Below are positions 46,280-58,440 of a DNA stretch of 64,000 nucleotides, one piece after another; within the stretch, counting starts at the first letter, position 1, and each line of letters begins with the position of its first letter. The notes below the pieces were generated by a model. That model had not been told where the DNA came from. It searched no databases and saw nothing but the letters and a program-made list of their open reading frames with translations. The translations under genes and the position numbers were made by a program. Source of the stretch: Malacoraja senta (taxonomy: Eukaryota); the NCBI GenBank assembly GCA_038087875.1, contig CM075978.1:179924001-179988000 (forward strand), given 5' to 3'.

Positions 46280-46986
46280 GAATCCTGATAATACAAAACT
46301 GGTGAAAACTGGTAACTGCGATTCTGCGCAGCTTTCCGATGTTCAAATAGGACATGCGTGCTTCATGCACAAAATGGCGGACCACACAGCCAACCCAAGA
46401 GAGATGATAAGAGGATGGTGATTTCCAGAGGTCTGTCTCCCACAAGCAAGATTTCAACACTCAAACAAATCATCACTATTGTAACAGCACTGCAATATTA
46501 CAAAAACAAATAAAGCCTGTCATTCTACAAATAGAGGTGGGACCCTATATCAAAATGGGAGACCAATCGCCTCAAAACCTCTAACACCAGACGAAACAAG
46601 ATACCCCAATATCGAAGGGAAATACCTGGCTGTGGTCCACGGATGTGAAAGGTTTCACTCCTATTTTTATGTAAGCAAGTTCGAAGTTGAGAGGGGCCTT
46701 CGTCCGCCAGAACAAATCAAGAAAAATAATCTCTGTTCAGCATCAGCCAAGCTTCAAAGACTGCTCAAGAGGCTTCAGAGCTACTATTTCACCCTGAGGT
46801 ACAAACCAGGTCGGGAAGTGATGGTTGCCAAAGGTCTATCTTGCATCTCACCATGTGAGAAGCACAAGATGGAAGACCTTGATGTAAACATCCATCACAT
46901 AGTAAATTAAATACCTAAAGAGATCCATGAAAGCCACGTGGGAATGGAAAAATGCAAGTTGAGAGCTATAATCGCCTGACTTGATG
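46280..46986 (+). mobile_element. Old Gypsy pol remnant, part 1 (RNase H, start of integrase Zn domain)
   Basis: KPLTPDETRYPNIEGKYLAVVHGCERFHSY, LQRLLKRLQSYYFTLRYKPG, KEIHESHVGMEKCKLRA. Confidence 0.75.
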
Positions 46987-47959
46987 AACATAGAAACATA
47001 GAAATAGGTGCAGGAGTAGGCCATTCGGCCCTTCGAGCCTGCACCGCCATTCAATATGCTCATGGCTGATCATCCAACTCAGTATCCTGTACCTGCTTTC
47101 TCTCCATACCCCCTGATCCCTTTAGCCACAAGGGCCACATCTAACTCCCTCTTAAATATAGTCAATGAACTGGCCTCAACTACATTATGTGGCAGAGAAT
47201 TCCAGAGATTCACCACTCTCTGTGTAAAAAATGTTTTTCTCATCTCAGTCCTAAAAGATTTCCCCTTTATCCTTAAACTGTGACCCCTTGTTCTGGACTT
47301 CCCCAACATCGGGAACAATCTTCCTGCATCTAGCCTGTCCAACCTCTTAAGAATTTTGTAAGTTTCTATAAGATCCTCCCTCAATCTTCTAAATTCTAGC
47401 GAGTACAAGCCGAGTCTATCCAGTCTTTCTTCATAAGAAAGTCCTGACATCCCAGGAATCAGTCTGGTGAACCTTCTCTGTACTCCCTCTATGGCAAGAA
47501 TGTCCTTCCTCAGATTAGGAGACCAAAACTGTATGCAATACTCCAGGCGTGGTCTCACCAAGACCCTGTACAACTGCAGTAGAACCTCCCTGCTCCTATA
47601 CTCAAATCCTTTTCCTATGAATGCTAACATACCATTCGCTTTCTTCACTGCTTGCTGCACCTGCATGCCTACTTTCAATGACTGGTGTACCATGACACCC
47701 AGGTCTCGTTGCATCTCCCCTTTTCCTAATCGGCCACCATTCAGGTAATAGTCTTCTTTCCTGTTTTTGCCACCAAAGTGGATAACCTCACATTTATCCA
47801 CATTCTACTGCATCTGCATGGTCGTCCGAAGGGGGGGGGGTGCGCGGGGTGCGACCGCACCCACCTTATTTTCCCCAGAGTAAGAAAAAATCCCTAGAAT
47901 TTTTTTTAAAAATGGGAGCACAATCAGCATTTCCACTTTGTGGAAAATCGCCCGAAATT

Positions 47960-48133
47960 CTGGTTCCGGCCACTAGGGGAGAAAGAAATGCGCCCATCCG
48001 CGCCTGCGCAGTTGGGGAAGCCACGCAAAATGACGCCGTCTCTCCGCGCGTGCGCAGTGGGCCCGGGCGGGATCAGACTGCCATTTGTGCTTCACCCGTT
48101 GAGCTCGATGCGTCGCGTCTACTCCAGGTAAGT
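47960..48133 (+). promoter_or_regulatory. Housekeeping-type CpG promoter signature ending in a consensus splice donor
   Basis: ETS core TTCCGG 47964-47969; NRF1-like CGCGCCTGCGCA 47999-48010 and CGCGCGTGCGCA 48045-48056; TGACG half-CRE; donor CAG|GTAAGT at 48125-48133. Confidence 0.5.
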
Positions 48134-48417
48134 AGTTGGGGGGTGGTGCGCGTGGTGCGGTGTCTGCCCGCCCGGTCCAGCGTTTCCATCCGCGGCGTCC
48201 GGGGGGGGGGGGTGCGGGGTGCGGTGTCTGCCCGCCGTCTGCCCGCCCGCCCGCCCGGTCCAACGGCCAGTCAGGCGACCAGGAGACCGTCCTCCCGTCG
48301 CCGGGTGGGAGCGGCTGTAACCCCAACACCAGACGCCGCTGCGGCGGGGCCCGCTGCCCTCGCCTCCCCCCGCCGCCGGGGCCCAAGCCATCTTCCGCCC
48401 ATGCCACCCCCACGACC

Positions 48418-48635
48418 CGATGGCCCACGCCACCTTCATCTCTCCCCCCCCCCGCTGGGCCCACGCCATCTTCATCTCCCCCCCCCCCCCCCGCTGGGCC
48501 CACGCCACCTTCATCTCCCCCTCCTCCGCTGGGCCCACGCCACCTTCATCTCCCCCCCCCCCCCCCGCTGGGCCCACGCCACCTTCATCTCTCCCCCCCC
48601 CCCCCGCTGGGCCCACGCCACCTTCGTCTCCCCCC
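48418..48635. repeat. Minisatellite, 6 copies of ~35-39 bp GCTGGGCCCACGCCACCTTCATCTC(C)n
   Basis: Direct inspection; variable poly-C spacer. Confidence 0.9.
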
Positions 48636-49370
48636 GTCCAGGAAGAGGGGGGGATGTGAGAGGGGGAGGGGGAGAGAGAGAGGGGAAGGGAAGGGAAGGG
48701 GGAGAGAGATGGGGGAGGGGAGAAGGAAAGGGGGAATATCTTTGAGGTAGGTTTTAGAGCTATTATATTTTTTCCTCATGAATAATATCAAATAATATCA
48801 AACAATTGGAACTGCTTTCTTTGCCTTGATAACAATACTGAAAAATATGAATTCCAAAGTCTGTGACTCTTTTTGCAGCATATTTTTAATATAATTTGAT
48901 GATGTTGCTGCTGTGGAAGCTAGGCAGAAGATGGAGTTCGAAGATGGAGTTGGTGCAGTAAAAAACAAACCTTTTATGATTCTATATCATGAGTTCTTAC
49001 AAGAATTGTGAAAACTTCACATATATGCAGCCTATCAGTAAAATATATTTTGAATACATGTCATGTCTTAAATCCTGTTATTGATAATATTGGCCAAATA
49101 AAATATGTCACAAAATGGAGAATCTCTGTATTTGCAAAGCCTGTTTGTCCACTTTCTGTGGAAGGTTGCAAGCTGAGTCACGCTCCAAGGAGTCTGGACC
49201 CTAGATGGAAGTTGAGGATAAGGCGTGTTTATATGTATGAGGGTTTTGTAGAAGAGCTAAGAGGTGTTGCATATGCATGATTAGGTCAGATAGGGGGGTG
49301 TTGTAAAGTTCTGTTAATTATGTTGCAGTGTTTGTGCTGTTATCTTGTGAAGTGTGAAGCCTAGTTCAAA

Positions 49371-49454
49371 TTTCGTTGTCTCTGTACTGTACACTGCATT
49401 TCGTTGTCTCTGTACTGTACACTGCATTTCGTTGTCTCTGTACTGTACACTGCA
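49371..49454. repeat. Three exact copies of 28-bp TTTCGTTGTCTCTGTACTGTACACTGCA, followed by an (AATCTG)n LINE-type tail
   Basis: Direct inspection. Confidence 0.9.
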
Positions 49455-50144
49455 CAATGACAATGAAGTTGAATCTGAATCTGAATCTGAAATTGTTTAT
49501 ACTACCTGGAGAAATGTTTCTATTATTTTGTAAACTAGCTTCCTGCTAGAACTTTCTGTAGAAACAATGTAATGGTGAATTTTGTGATTGGGTTCAAGAG
49601 AGTTTATTGTCATGTGTCCCAGATAGGACAATGAAATTCTTGCTCGAACTTCTCTTGAGCATGAAGGAGAGTTACATAGACCTCCTAGGACCATGTGTTG
49701 ACCATGCTGCAAGTTTGAGTCGAGTGCAAACGCTTTTAAACTCGCAAATTAGGTCCCCGCAGTGGGACAGGCCCTTTAGTTGATCCAGTGCTGGACTCGG
49801 TGTTTTACTGACCCACATGCCCACCAATCGAGGCCCACCTGGCTCCTGGCCCCGCCCCGCCCCCCGCTCAAGTACGCTCGCGCAATGCCTCCCGCAGTTG
49901 GAATCCCACGTCCGCCCGCTCCAACCCCCCCACCCCCCGTACAAATGCGCAGAAAGAACGAGCGTTCTGCAGATCGGGAGGTCACAGCAGGTTACAGCTA
50001 GTCACTGGAGGGCACCGGCTTCTGAATCCTTTCCGTATACCCCGCCCGATGGTAGAACATGGCTGCCCCTCCCTCCCTCCCGCTGCAAACCCAACGCTCT
50101 GCCAATCTCGCCACTCGCAAGTCTTTTGATAAAAACCTTGTGAC

Positions 50145-50262
50145 CCCCCTCTCTCTCTCTCTCCCCCTCCTCTCTCTCCCTCCCCACCTCTCTCTCTCTC
50201 TCCCCCACCTCTCTCTCTCTCTCCCCCACCTCTCTCTCTCTCTCTCCCCCACCTCTCTCTCT
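50145..50262. repeat. (TC)n-rich microsatellite with periodic CCCCCACC interruptions
   Basis: Direct inspection; abuts the poly(A) tail of the Tx1 element. Confidence 0.9.
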
Positions 50263-53200
50263 CTTTTTTTTTCTTTTTTTTTTAAACTTTTCAAAAACTT
50301 TATTCGACACACTCTATGATACATCACATCAATACATAATCAAAAGATACATTATATCAAAACACATCATTATAGTACAACAGTACATTCATTATGTATT
50401 ATACTCTCCACCCCACGTGGTGACCATCGCCCACGGAAGGCCTCCAGAGTCCCCATGGACACCGCATATTCCCGCTCCAGGGACACCCGTGCACAGACGT
50501 ACGCCCGGAAGAGGGGCAGGCAGCCAACTCTCGCCTCACCATCGACCCCCAGCTGCCTGGACCCACGAATGGCCATTTTAACCAGGCCCAGGAGCAAACC
50601 GACAGGGACGTCCCACCCCCCCACTTGGCTCTCCCCGCACCCTACCTTATGCCCACACACTAGAATCGTGGGACTAAAATGCAACCAGAACTTAAGGAAC
50701 AACCCCTTCAGATATTGGTACAGGGGCAGTAACCTCTCACACTCCATGTATACGTGGAACACGGTTTCTTCCTTGCCACAGAAAATACATGCGGCGGACG
50801 AACCCGTGAACCGACTCAAAAGTTTATTACAAACCACCGCTCCATGCAACAGTCTCCACCCCAGGTCCCCAATGTAAAGGGGGACAACTCCCGTATAGAA
50901 GGACCCCCACCAGGGACCCCCCCCCCACCATCAGGTGGTAACACCGTCCGCCAAGGTGTGTCAGGACGGGAAACAAAGGCAAGGAGGTGCAGAATGTGCA
51001 GGAACATCCTATACAATGTGCGTCTCTTCGCATCACGAAACGGTATGCTGATCATCTCAGAAAGGCGGCTCAAGTTGTGTGGAGCCGGTGCCCGAGATAT
51101 ATCCCGGAGCCTAGGCCCGATGAGCAGATCTGACGGAGCAATTGAAAGCTCAGCCAGAACCACTCTAGGCGCTCGCCTCTCCTCGACACCGCCATAACTG
51201 GGCGAGGACCGGCCACTCCCGCAGCCGCACCATCCCCCTCCGCCTGGTAGAACAACACGCTGGCTGAAAACAACCAAATTCCTCACTCTGATCACATCCC
51301 GGTAGAAAACAGGCAAACCCCTTAGGGCGGGTCGACTGATGCCCGCCACCGGGAGCCGCGAGACCCCCCCTAGGCAACGACCACGACGAAAAAAATACGT
51401 GGCCAGAGCGTGCCATCTGGGGGGGTTCTCTACATACATATACTGCCGCAGAGTCCTGAGACGGAGAGCCGCCACCTGGGTACGCATGCATACCAAGGAC
51501 TGGCCGCCCTCCTCTAACGGGAGACTCAGGACCGCTGCAGAGACCCAGTGTTTCCTATTTCCCCAGAAGAAATCTACCAGCTTCTTCTGAAGAGCATTTA
51601 CAAATATGGAAGGTGGGACAAGAGTAGCCAGCCGGTACCATAACATAGAGGCAACCAGCTGATTTATGACCATCACCCTCCCCCGAAAAGAAAGAACTCC
51701 AAGCAAGCCCGACCAGCGCCCCAGCCGGGCAACCACCTTTGTCTCCAACTCCTGCCAGTTCGCCGGCCAAGCATCCTCAGTGGGACTCAGGTAAACCCCC
51801 AGATAGAGGAGATGTGTGGTGCTCCACATATACCTTTCCATCTCCTCCGGCAGGGAATCCACCTGCCACTGACCCACTAAAAGACCAGAACACTTACTCC
51901 AGTTAATCCTGGCAGCAGATGCAGCTGAGAAAATCTCCTGGCAGTCACGCATCCTCCACAGGTCACCAGGATCAGTGAACATAAGGAGGACATCATCTGC
52001 ATACGCTGAAAGAACCACCTCCAACCCCGGCCCAGGTAGGGCCAGGCCTGTCAACCTCCTCCGAAGAAGACACAGGAACGGCTCCACACAGACCGAGTAC
52101 AACTGACCCGACATGGGGCACCCCTGACGGACCCCCCTCCCAAACTGAAAGGGAGCCAACAACGCACCATTAACCTTCACCAGGCACTCCGCTGCAGCGT
52201 ACAGAAGCCGGACCCGGGCCACAAAATGTGGTCCAAATCCAAACGCTTGCAACGTTCCGAATAGGTAATCATGCTCTACCCTATCAAAAGCCTTCTCTTG
52301 ATCAAGAGACAGAAAAGCAGCTGACTGACCAGTACCCTGAACTAGATGAATCAGGTCCCTAACCAGGTGGATGTTATCCTGAATGGACCTGCCAGGCACT
52401 GTATAGGACTGGTCAGGATGAATCATTTGAGACAGCACAGGGCCCAGGCGATTTGCCATTGCCCGTGCAAATACTTTATACTCTGTACATAGGAGAGATA
52501 CCGGCCTCCAGTTCTTCAACAAGCGGAGTTCACCCTTCTTAGGCAGCAAGACAACAACTGCCCTATGCCATGAGAGGGGCATCGCCCCGGCCGCCTGACT
52601 CTCCCCCAGCACCAACATGTAATCACCCCCCAGGATATCCCAGAAAGCTCTAACAAACTCTACCGTCAACCCATCCATCCCGGGTAACTTACCCTTCCTG
52701 AGCTGAAACAATGCACAAGTCAACTCCTCCAAAGATAAGGGGCCATCAAGAAGATCGGCCACCTCCCTTTCAACAGTCGGTAGACCCTTCCACAAGTCCT
52801 GCTGAGCCTCCCCGTTATTTCCCCCCGCGGAGAACAGGGACCCATAAAAGGACCTGACCTCCTCACTGATCCTCTCTGGATCAGTGACAGAGGAGCCATC
52901 ATCTGCGAGCAGCTCTACGAGCTGCTTGCAGGCTCCCCTCCCTTTCTCCAAAGAGAAAAAGAAAGGCGAAGCTCGGTCCAGATCTTGCATCATCTGGACC
53001 CGCGCCCTCACGAAAGCGCCTCGGGACCACTCAAGCAGCAGATTCCTCAAGGCTTCCTTCTTCTCCTGAAACTCCCCATTCCCAGGAGTCCTCACCATCC
53101 CGACCCAGGCGAGACTCTGCACCCAGTAGCTCCCTCTCAAGCCTCGCGACCGCTGAGTCCCTCCGTCCGGTTGACCCCCACGTATACTCCTTACAAAAGA

Positions 53201-54904
53201 GACAAATGTGAGCCTTCCCCACATCCCACCACTGCCTAATGGAAGAGAAGCACCTCTGCCCCTCTCCACTTCCCCCAAAACCGACTGAATGACTCCCGGA
53301 AACACCGATCCTCCAGCAGCCGGTTGTTAAAGTGCCAGTACGCGGACCCAGCCCTAGTGCGCGCCGGATTGAAGTCCACACGCACCAAACAGTGATCCGA
53401 ACATGGCACCACCCGCATTGAAGCCTCTGAGACACGGGCAACAAACGCTCGGGAAATATATATTCTGTCACTACGGGAACCACCACCCTCATACCTCCGC
53501 GAAAAAGCAGTTGAATCCGGGTGGAGGTTCCGCCATGCATCAACCAACTCAAAGGATTCAATCATCCCTCTCAACTTCTTCGCTACAGCAGGGGCACACT
53601 GAGTACCAGAACGATCTCACGCCTCAAGTGTGCAATTAAAGTCCCCACCAAGGAAAACACACTCTCCCCTATCAATAGTGCTCAACAGAGCAGTCACCTC
53701 CTGAATTAGGCCGGCCTGCATCGTACCGGAGCTAGGGGCATACACGTTAATGAAATGCAACGGCATGCCATCCAAGCTCACTGCCAGATGGAGCAACCAT
53801 CCTGGCACAACTTCGTTCACTTTTAAAATCGTTGGCAGGAAATTCTGGGCCAACAGAAAGGCCACCCCACTCGAATTTGAGCTGAGATGGCTCATGTAAA
53901 CCCCCCCCTTCCCACTCCAGTCTCCAGGTAGGTTCATCACTAACAACTGTGTGCATCTCCTGCAAAAACACACTGCAAATCTCCCCTCTTTAAGGACTGA
54001 TAAAAGCTGAAATCTACGAAAACTCGCTCTACTCCCGTTTAAGTTTAATGTTGCGACGGTGAATGTAAAGGCCCACTATATTAAACCCCACCACTCCCTG
54101 TAGACACAACAACTTTCTGTCTGAGGAACACCAAAAAGTCCCCAAACTGCCTCTCCTCTAAGTCAGGAAGATCACTCTCCCTGTTGCCAAGAATAGCCTC
54201 GAGAGTCTGAATCAAACCTGGCAGATCATCCCACCGCCTTTTAGCAGCCTCCAATCTTGTTCTGATGGAGCGGTTTGTTCTGAGAAATTCTCGAACCGCC
54301 TGTATATCACATTCAAGAGACTCGGCCTTGGACCCTGGGCACTCAGCCAACGCACTTGCACCTGCACCATCAGGCTCCACATCACAACGTTCAAGGTCTC
54401 TTTCAGTAATTGAACGACCAGAGCTCTCCAAAAGCTCTCCACCCCCACTACCCAAACTTTCCTGTTCACCCTCCCCCTCCTCCAGCAAGAAACCACCCCC
54501 AGGATCAATGTCAGGTAAGGGCCCCGAAACCCGCGACTGCAACATGCAGCCCCCCGACTGGCTTGGCACCTCCACGCTACCATCACCCTCCACGCCTGGG
54601 CCTGGGGAAGCAAAACCACTAGGCACCCCCAGGGCCTGGGATACACTGTCACCCCCAGAAACTAAAGGGAAATCACCACCCGAACTATCCCCAACCTCCA
54701 CAGCACCTATAGCATCCCCACCACTAGCAACTCCCAGAGGCTCTCCTCTTTCTTTTAGCCACTCCCCTTCCACCTCATCCGGCGATGCAGCACCCCTCGC
54801 ATTACCACCACTGGCTCTCATGTGCAACACGGACTGGAACACCACAGCCCCAGAACCACCCCCCCTCAGGCTGACTCTGCTCATCCCCCATCTCAGGGGC
54901 CCCA
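50263..54904 (-). mobile_element. Tx1-clade (L1 group) non-LTR retrotransposon: ORF1 remnant, ORF2 (APE-RT-CCHC), AATAAA, poly(A)
   Basis: VATLNLNG/FLQEMH/LGGDFNC/SDHC endonuclease; NWRPVSLLC, LDQEKAFDRV, GVRQGCPMS, SAYADDV RT; CIFCGKEETVFHVYMEC knuckle; poly-T on plus at 50263-50283; several frameshifts; 5' end lost in the N gap. Confidence 0.92.
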
Positions 54905-55104
54905 NNNNNNNNNNNNNNNNNNNNNNNNNNNNNNNNNNNNNNNNNNNNNNNNNNNNNNNNNNNNNNNNNNNNNNNNNNNNNNNNNNNNNNNNNNNNNNNN
55001 NNNNNNNNNNNNNNNNNNNNNNNNNNNNNNNNNNNNNNNNNNNNNNNNNNNNNNNNNNNNNNNNNNNNNNNNNNNNNNNNNNNNNNNNNNNNNNNNNNNN
55101 NNNN

Positions 55105-58100
55105 GAGATTCTTACTCCTGTGGGCAAGGCCACGCTACGCTGTAAGATACTAGAGACCTCTCGGCCCCTCACCTTCTATCTCCTCAATCGAAAATGCATT
55201 CCCCTGCTGGGGATCCAGGCATGCCAGGAAATGGGACTGGTGTACTTCCACCGGGACATCCACCAGGTGCAGACTCTTATGGACCCGCTGGCCGATTATC
55301 CCGACCGCTTTGATGATAAGCTAGGCAAACTACCCTGCAGCTACAAGATTGTAGTGGACCATAAGATCGTTCCTGTGGTCCATGCTCCTCACCGTGTCTC
55401 CTTCGCCATGAGGGACAGAGTGGAGGCGACCCTACACAGTATGGTACAAATGGGCGTCCTAAAGGCGGTCGTCGAGCCCACCAGCTGGGTCTCTTCCATG
55501 GTTGTTGCTGCTAAAAAGGACATGAGCGAGATACGCATCTGCATCAACCCCAAAGACCTCAACCTGGCCATTCGACGCCCTCACTACCCTATGAGAACGG
55601 TGGAAGACGTCGCTGCACAGGTTGGTCCAGCAACGGTTTTTTCTGTCCTCGATGCCAAAAGCTCCTTCTGGCAGATACCACTGGACGAGCGGTCGTCCAT
55701 TTTGACAACTTTCGCCACCCCCTACGGAAGGTTTCGGTTCCTCCGAATGCCATTCGGGATCAACTCTGCCAGCGAGGTATTTCAGCGGACAATGGAGCAG
55801 TTGTTTTTAGGTCTACCTTGCGCCATAATTGTTGACGACATCCTCGTTTACGGTAAGGACGTTGCCGAACACGATGTCAACCTCCGCCAGGTCCTGGACC
55901 GGGCCCGGCAAATCAACTTGAAACTGAACCCCAAGAAGTGCCGATTCCGCGTCTCGGAGGTAACCTATGTTGGACATGTATTCACCGCTGAGGGATTAAA
56001 GCCAGACCCGCAGAAAACGGCTGCCATCTCAGGGATGCCCCCTCCTACCAATGTGGCAGGCCTGCAACGCTTCCTCGGCTTGGTAAACTACCTGGGGAAG
56101 TTCATCCCCGACCTCAGCGAGCTCAGCGCTCCCCTGAGGGATCTGATCAAAAAGGACACGTCCTGGCTTTGGTTACCCAACCATCAGAAGGCATTTGACA
56201 TTCTTAAGTCTAAGCTGATCAGCACCCCCACGCTCAAGTTCTTTGACCTGCAGCGTCCCATTGTCCTCACCTGCGACGCCTCTCAGTTCGGACTCGGTGC
56301 CGCCTGTCTCCAGGTCCATGACGGCCTGCAGCTGCCTGTCTCCTTCGCGTCCCGCACCATGACCGCCACCGAACAGCACTACGCGCAGATTGAGAAGGAG
56401 CTACTGGCCGTGGTGTTTGCCTGCTCCAAATTCCGGGACAACATCGTGGGCAACACTTTCACCGTTGAAACTGACCATCAGCCACTTGTCACCATCCTCA
56501 ACAAGTCGATCCATGTGGCCTCATCACGCCTGCAGCGCATGATGCTGCAGCTCCAGCGCTTCACGTTCACGGTGGTTTATCGTAAGGGCAAGGACATGTT
56601 CGTGGCCGACACGTTGTCTCGCGCCCCGCTGACGTCCACTGCTCGCCACCAATATGAAATGTCTGAGCTATTGGTGCTACGATTGAACATCGCCCCTCAC
56701 AGCAGATGAAGTCCCTGGTTGAACACACTACCAATGACCCTGCCCTGCAACAGCTGTCTGCCGTCATCCGGCAGGGCTGGCCTGACCGTCGTTCGGACTG
56801 CCGGCTGGTGCCGTGCCCTACTTCCTGATTCGGGACGAGCTCGTACTGCACGACGGCGTGGTGGTGAAGGGTCACAAAGTGGTCGTGCCCGCGGCGCTGC
56901 ACGACCACTATTTTCAAGTCGCTCACCGCGGTCATCCTGGGGCCCGAAGCCACCTTGTCTCTCGCCAGGAGCCAGTTCTATTGGCCGGATATGGCCAAAT
57001 ACATCCGGGAGAGGGTCTCCTCGTGTTCCACCTGCAACAGCCTTGCCCCCCAATCAGCAGCGTCAGCCGGCTTCTACAGCAGCCCGCGCCCGAACTGCCC
57101 TGGATGGCGCTTGCCGCTGACATTTTCGAGTGGCAGGGCAAACATTTCCTGGTTCTCGTTGACTCCTACTCCAGCTGGTTTGTGGTCGACCGGCTGCATT
57201 CCATGACCTCTTCGGCCATCATCGATAGGTTGTACCCTCATTTTGGCACTTTTGGCCCCCCGGCAAGCCTGCAGTCGGACAATGGCAGCCAGTTCACGAG
57301 CTCCGAGTTTAAAGCGTTCGCTTCCAGATGGAACTTCGCCATTTCACCAGCAGCCCGGAGTACCCGCAAAGCAACGGTTTGGCCGAGCGCGCAGTCCGCA
57401 GCGCGAAGCACCTGTTGGAACAGTGTGGTGGCATTAACTCCGACTTCCATCTGGCCCTCCTCAACCTTCGGAACATTTCCGCGACTCTGCCATGGGTTCA
57501 CCTGCTCGGCGGCTCATGTCTCGCGCTACCAGACTCCCGCTCCCTGTGGCCCAGCGCTCCCTCAACCCTCCATCCTCCCACTTGCGGCGGTTCAGAAACG
57601 CATTGCCTTCAGGCACGACGTCCAACAGCGTTCCCATGACAGGTCTGCCACCCGCTGCCGTGCCTCTTTCCCCGGTCAAGTTGTCCGTATGCAGACCGCT
57701 CCCGGTCACTCCAAGCTTCGCTACTGTCGTCGGCTCTGCGGGGTCGCCCAGGTCCTATCTCGTCGACCACGCTGGAGCCATTTACCGACGGTCCCGCCAC
57801 ACCTTCGGCTCGTCAACGAGCCGCGTCCTCCTGCCGCGGATCCCTTTGCTCCCCCACTGCCTGTTTCGCGTCAGGGCGTTGCTCTGCCCGTCCTCCTGAC
57901 ATGCAACGTTCTGCTCCTCCTCAGCCCCTTCCGTTCCACCCCACTCCGACTAGTCCTCGCTCGCCTGCCTGCGCTCTTCCCGGTCCCGACCTCGCATCCC
58001 CTCCGGGTTCGGTGCCGCGGTCTCCTCCCGTCTCCTCCCGTTCTCCCTTTCAGGTTCATCTTTCCCCGCCGGTGCCTCTTCCTCCTGCAGGAAGGGTGGA

Positions 58101-58440
58101 TGGCGAGACGCGAACCCGGCGGGACGTCTTGTCAAAACCGCCTGACCGCTATGGCGATTTTGTTTAACTATCCTAGCGCATGAGCCATGGTCGCCATGTC
58201 ACCATTGTATTTGCCTGTCGTTTCGAAGAGGAAAGATGTAGATGAGATATGCATGTGCCTTTAACATAGTGACCTCATACCTACTAACCACTCCCCATCT
58301 CACAAGTATATCTACAACCTCCCCACCCACAGATCGCTCTCTAGTTCCTGTGACAGACCACGTACAGCTAGTGCAACGTGTAATGCTCCAGTATGAATAA
58401 AGATAGTAAAGTAACGATGCCTCGTTATGAATTCTTTACA
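55105..58440 (+). mobile_element. Ty3/Gypsy LTR retrotransposon (RT-RNaseH-integrase, PPT, 3' LTR), younger copy
   Basis: IRICINPKDLN, FSVLDAKSSFWQ, IIVDDILV, TCDASQFGLGA, YAQIEKELLA, SDNGSQFTS; stop at 56707-56709 and frameshifts in the integrase. Confidence 0.93.
58237..58440 (+). repeat. Gypsy 3' LTR (204 bp, TGTA...TACA)
   Basis: Preceded by polypurine tract GAAGAGGAAAGA (58225-58236); AATAAA at 58396-58401. Confidence 0.85.

Larger units (their letters stand above)
47816..48900. mobile_element. Putative non-autonomous DNA transposon carrying a CpG-island segment and a tandem repeat
   Basis: Interrupts a CR1; starts ATGGTCGTCCGAAG, resembling the terminus at 27798; shares an inverted ~170-bp module with 28300-28470. 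Confidence 0.5.

Noticed and set aside
47840-48791. Long Pro/Gly/Arg-rich ORFs
   Set aside because: Low-complexity CpG and minisatellite sequence; no domain or splice support.
49660-50100. GC-box/CCAAT-rich stretch as a gene promoter
   Set aside because: Lies among transposon ends (GGGACAGGCCCTTTA terminus) inside the TE stack, with no downstream exon or donor identified.
54265-56709. 814-aa ORF as a single Gypsy polyprotein
   Set aside because: It is an artefact: antisense Tx1 ORF1 sequence is joined to Gypsy pol through 200 Ns.
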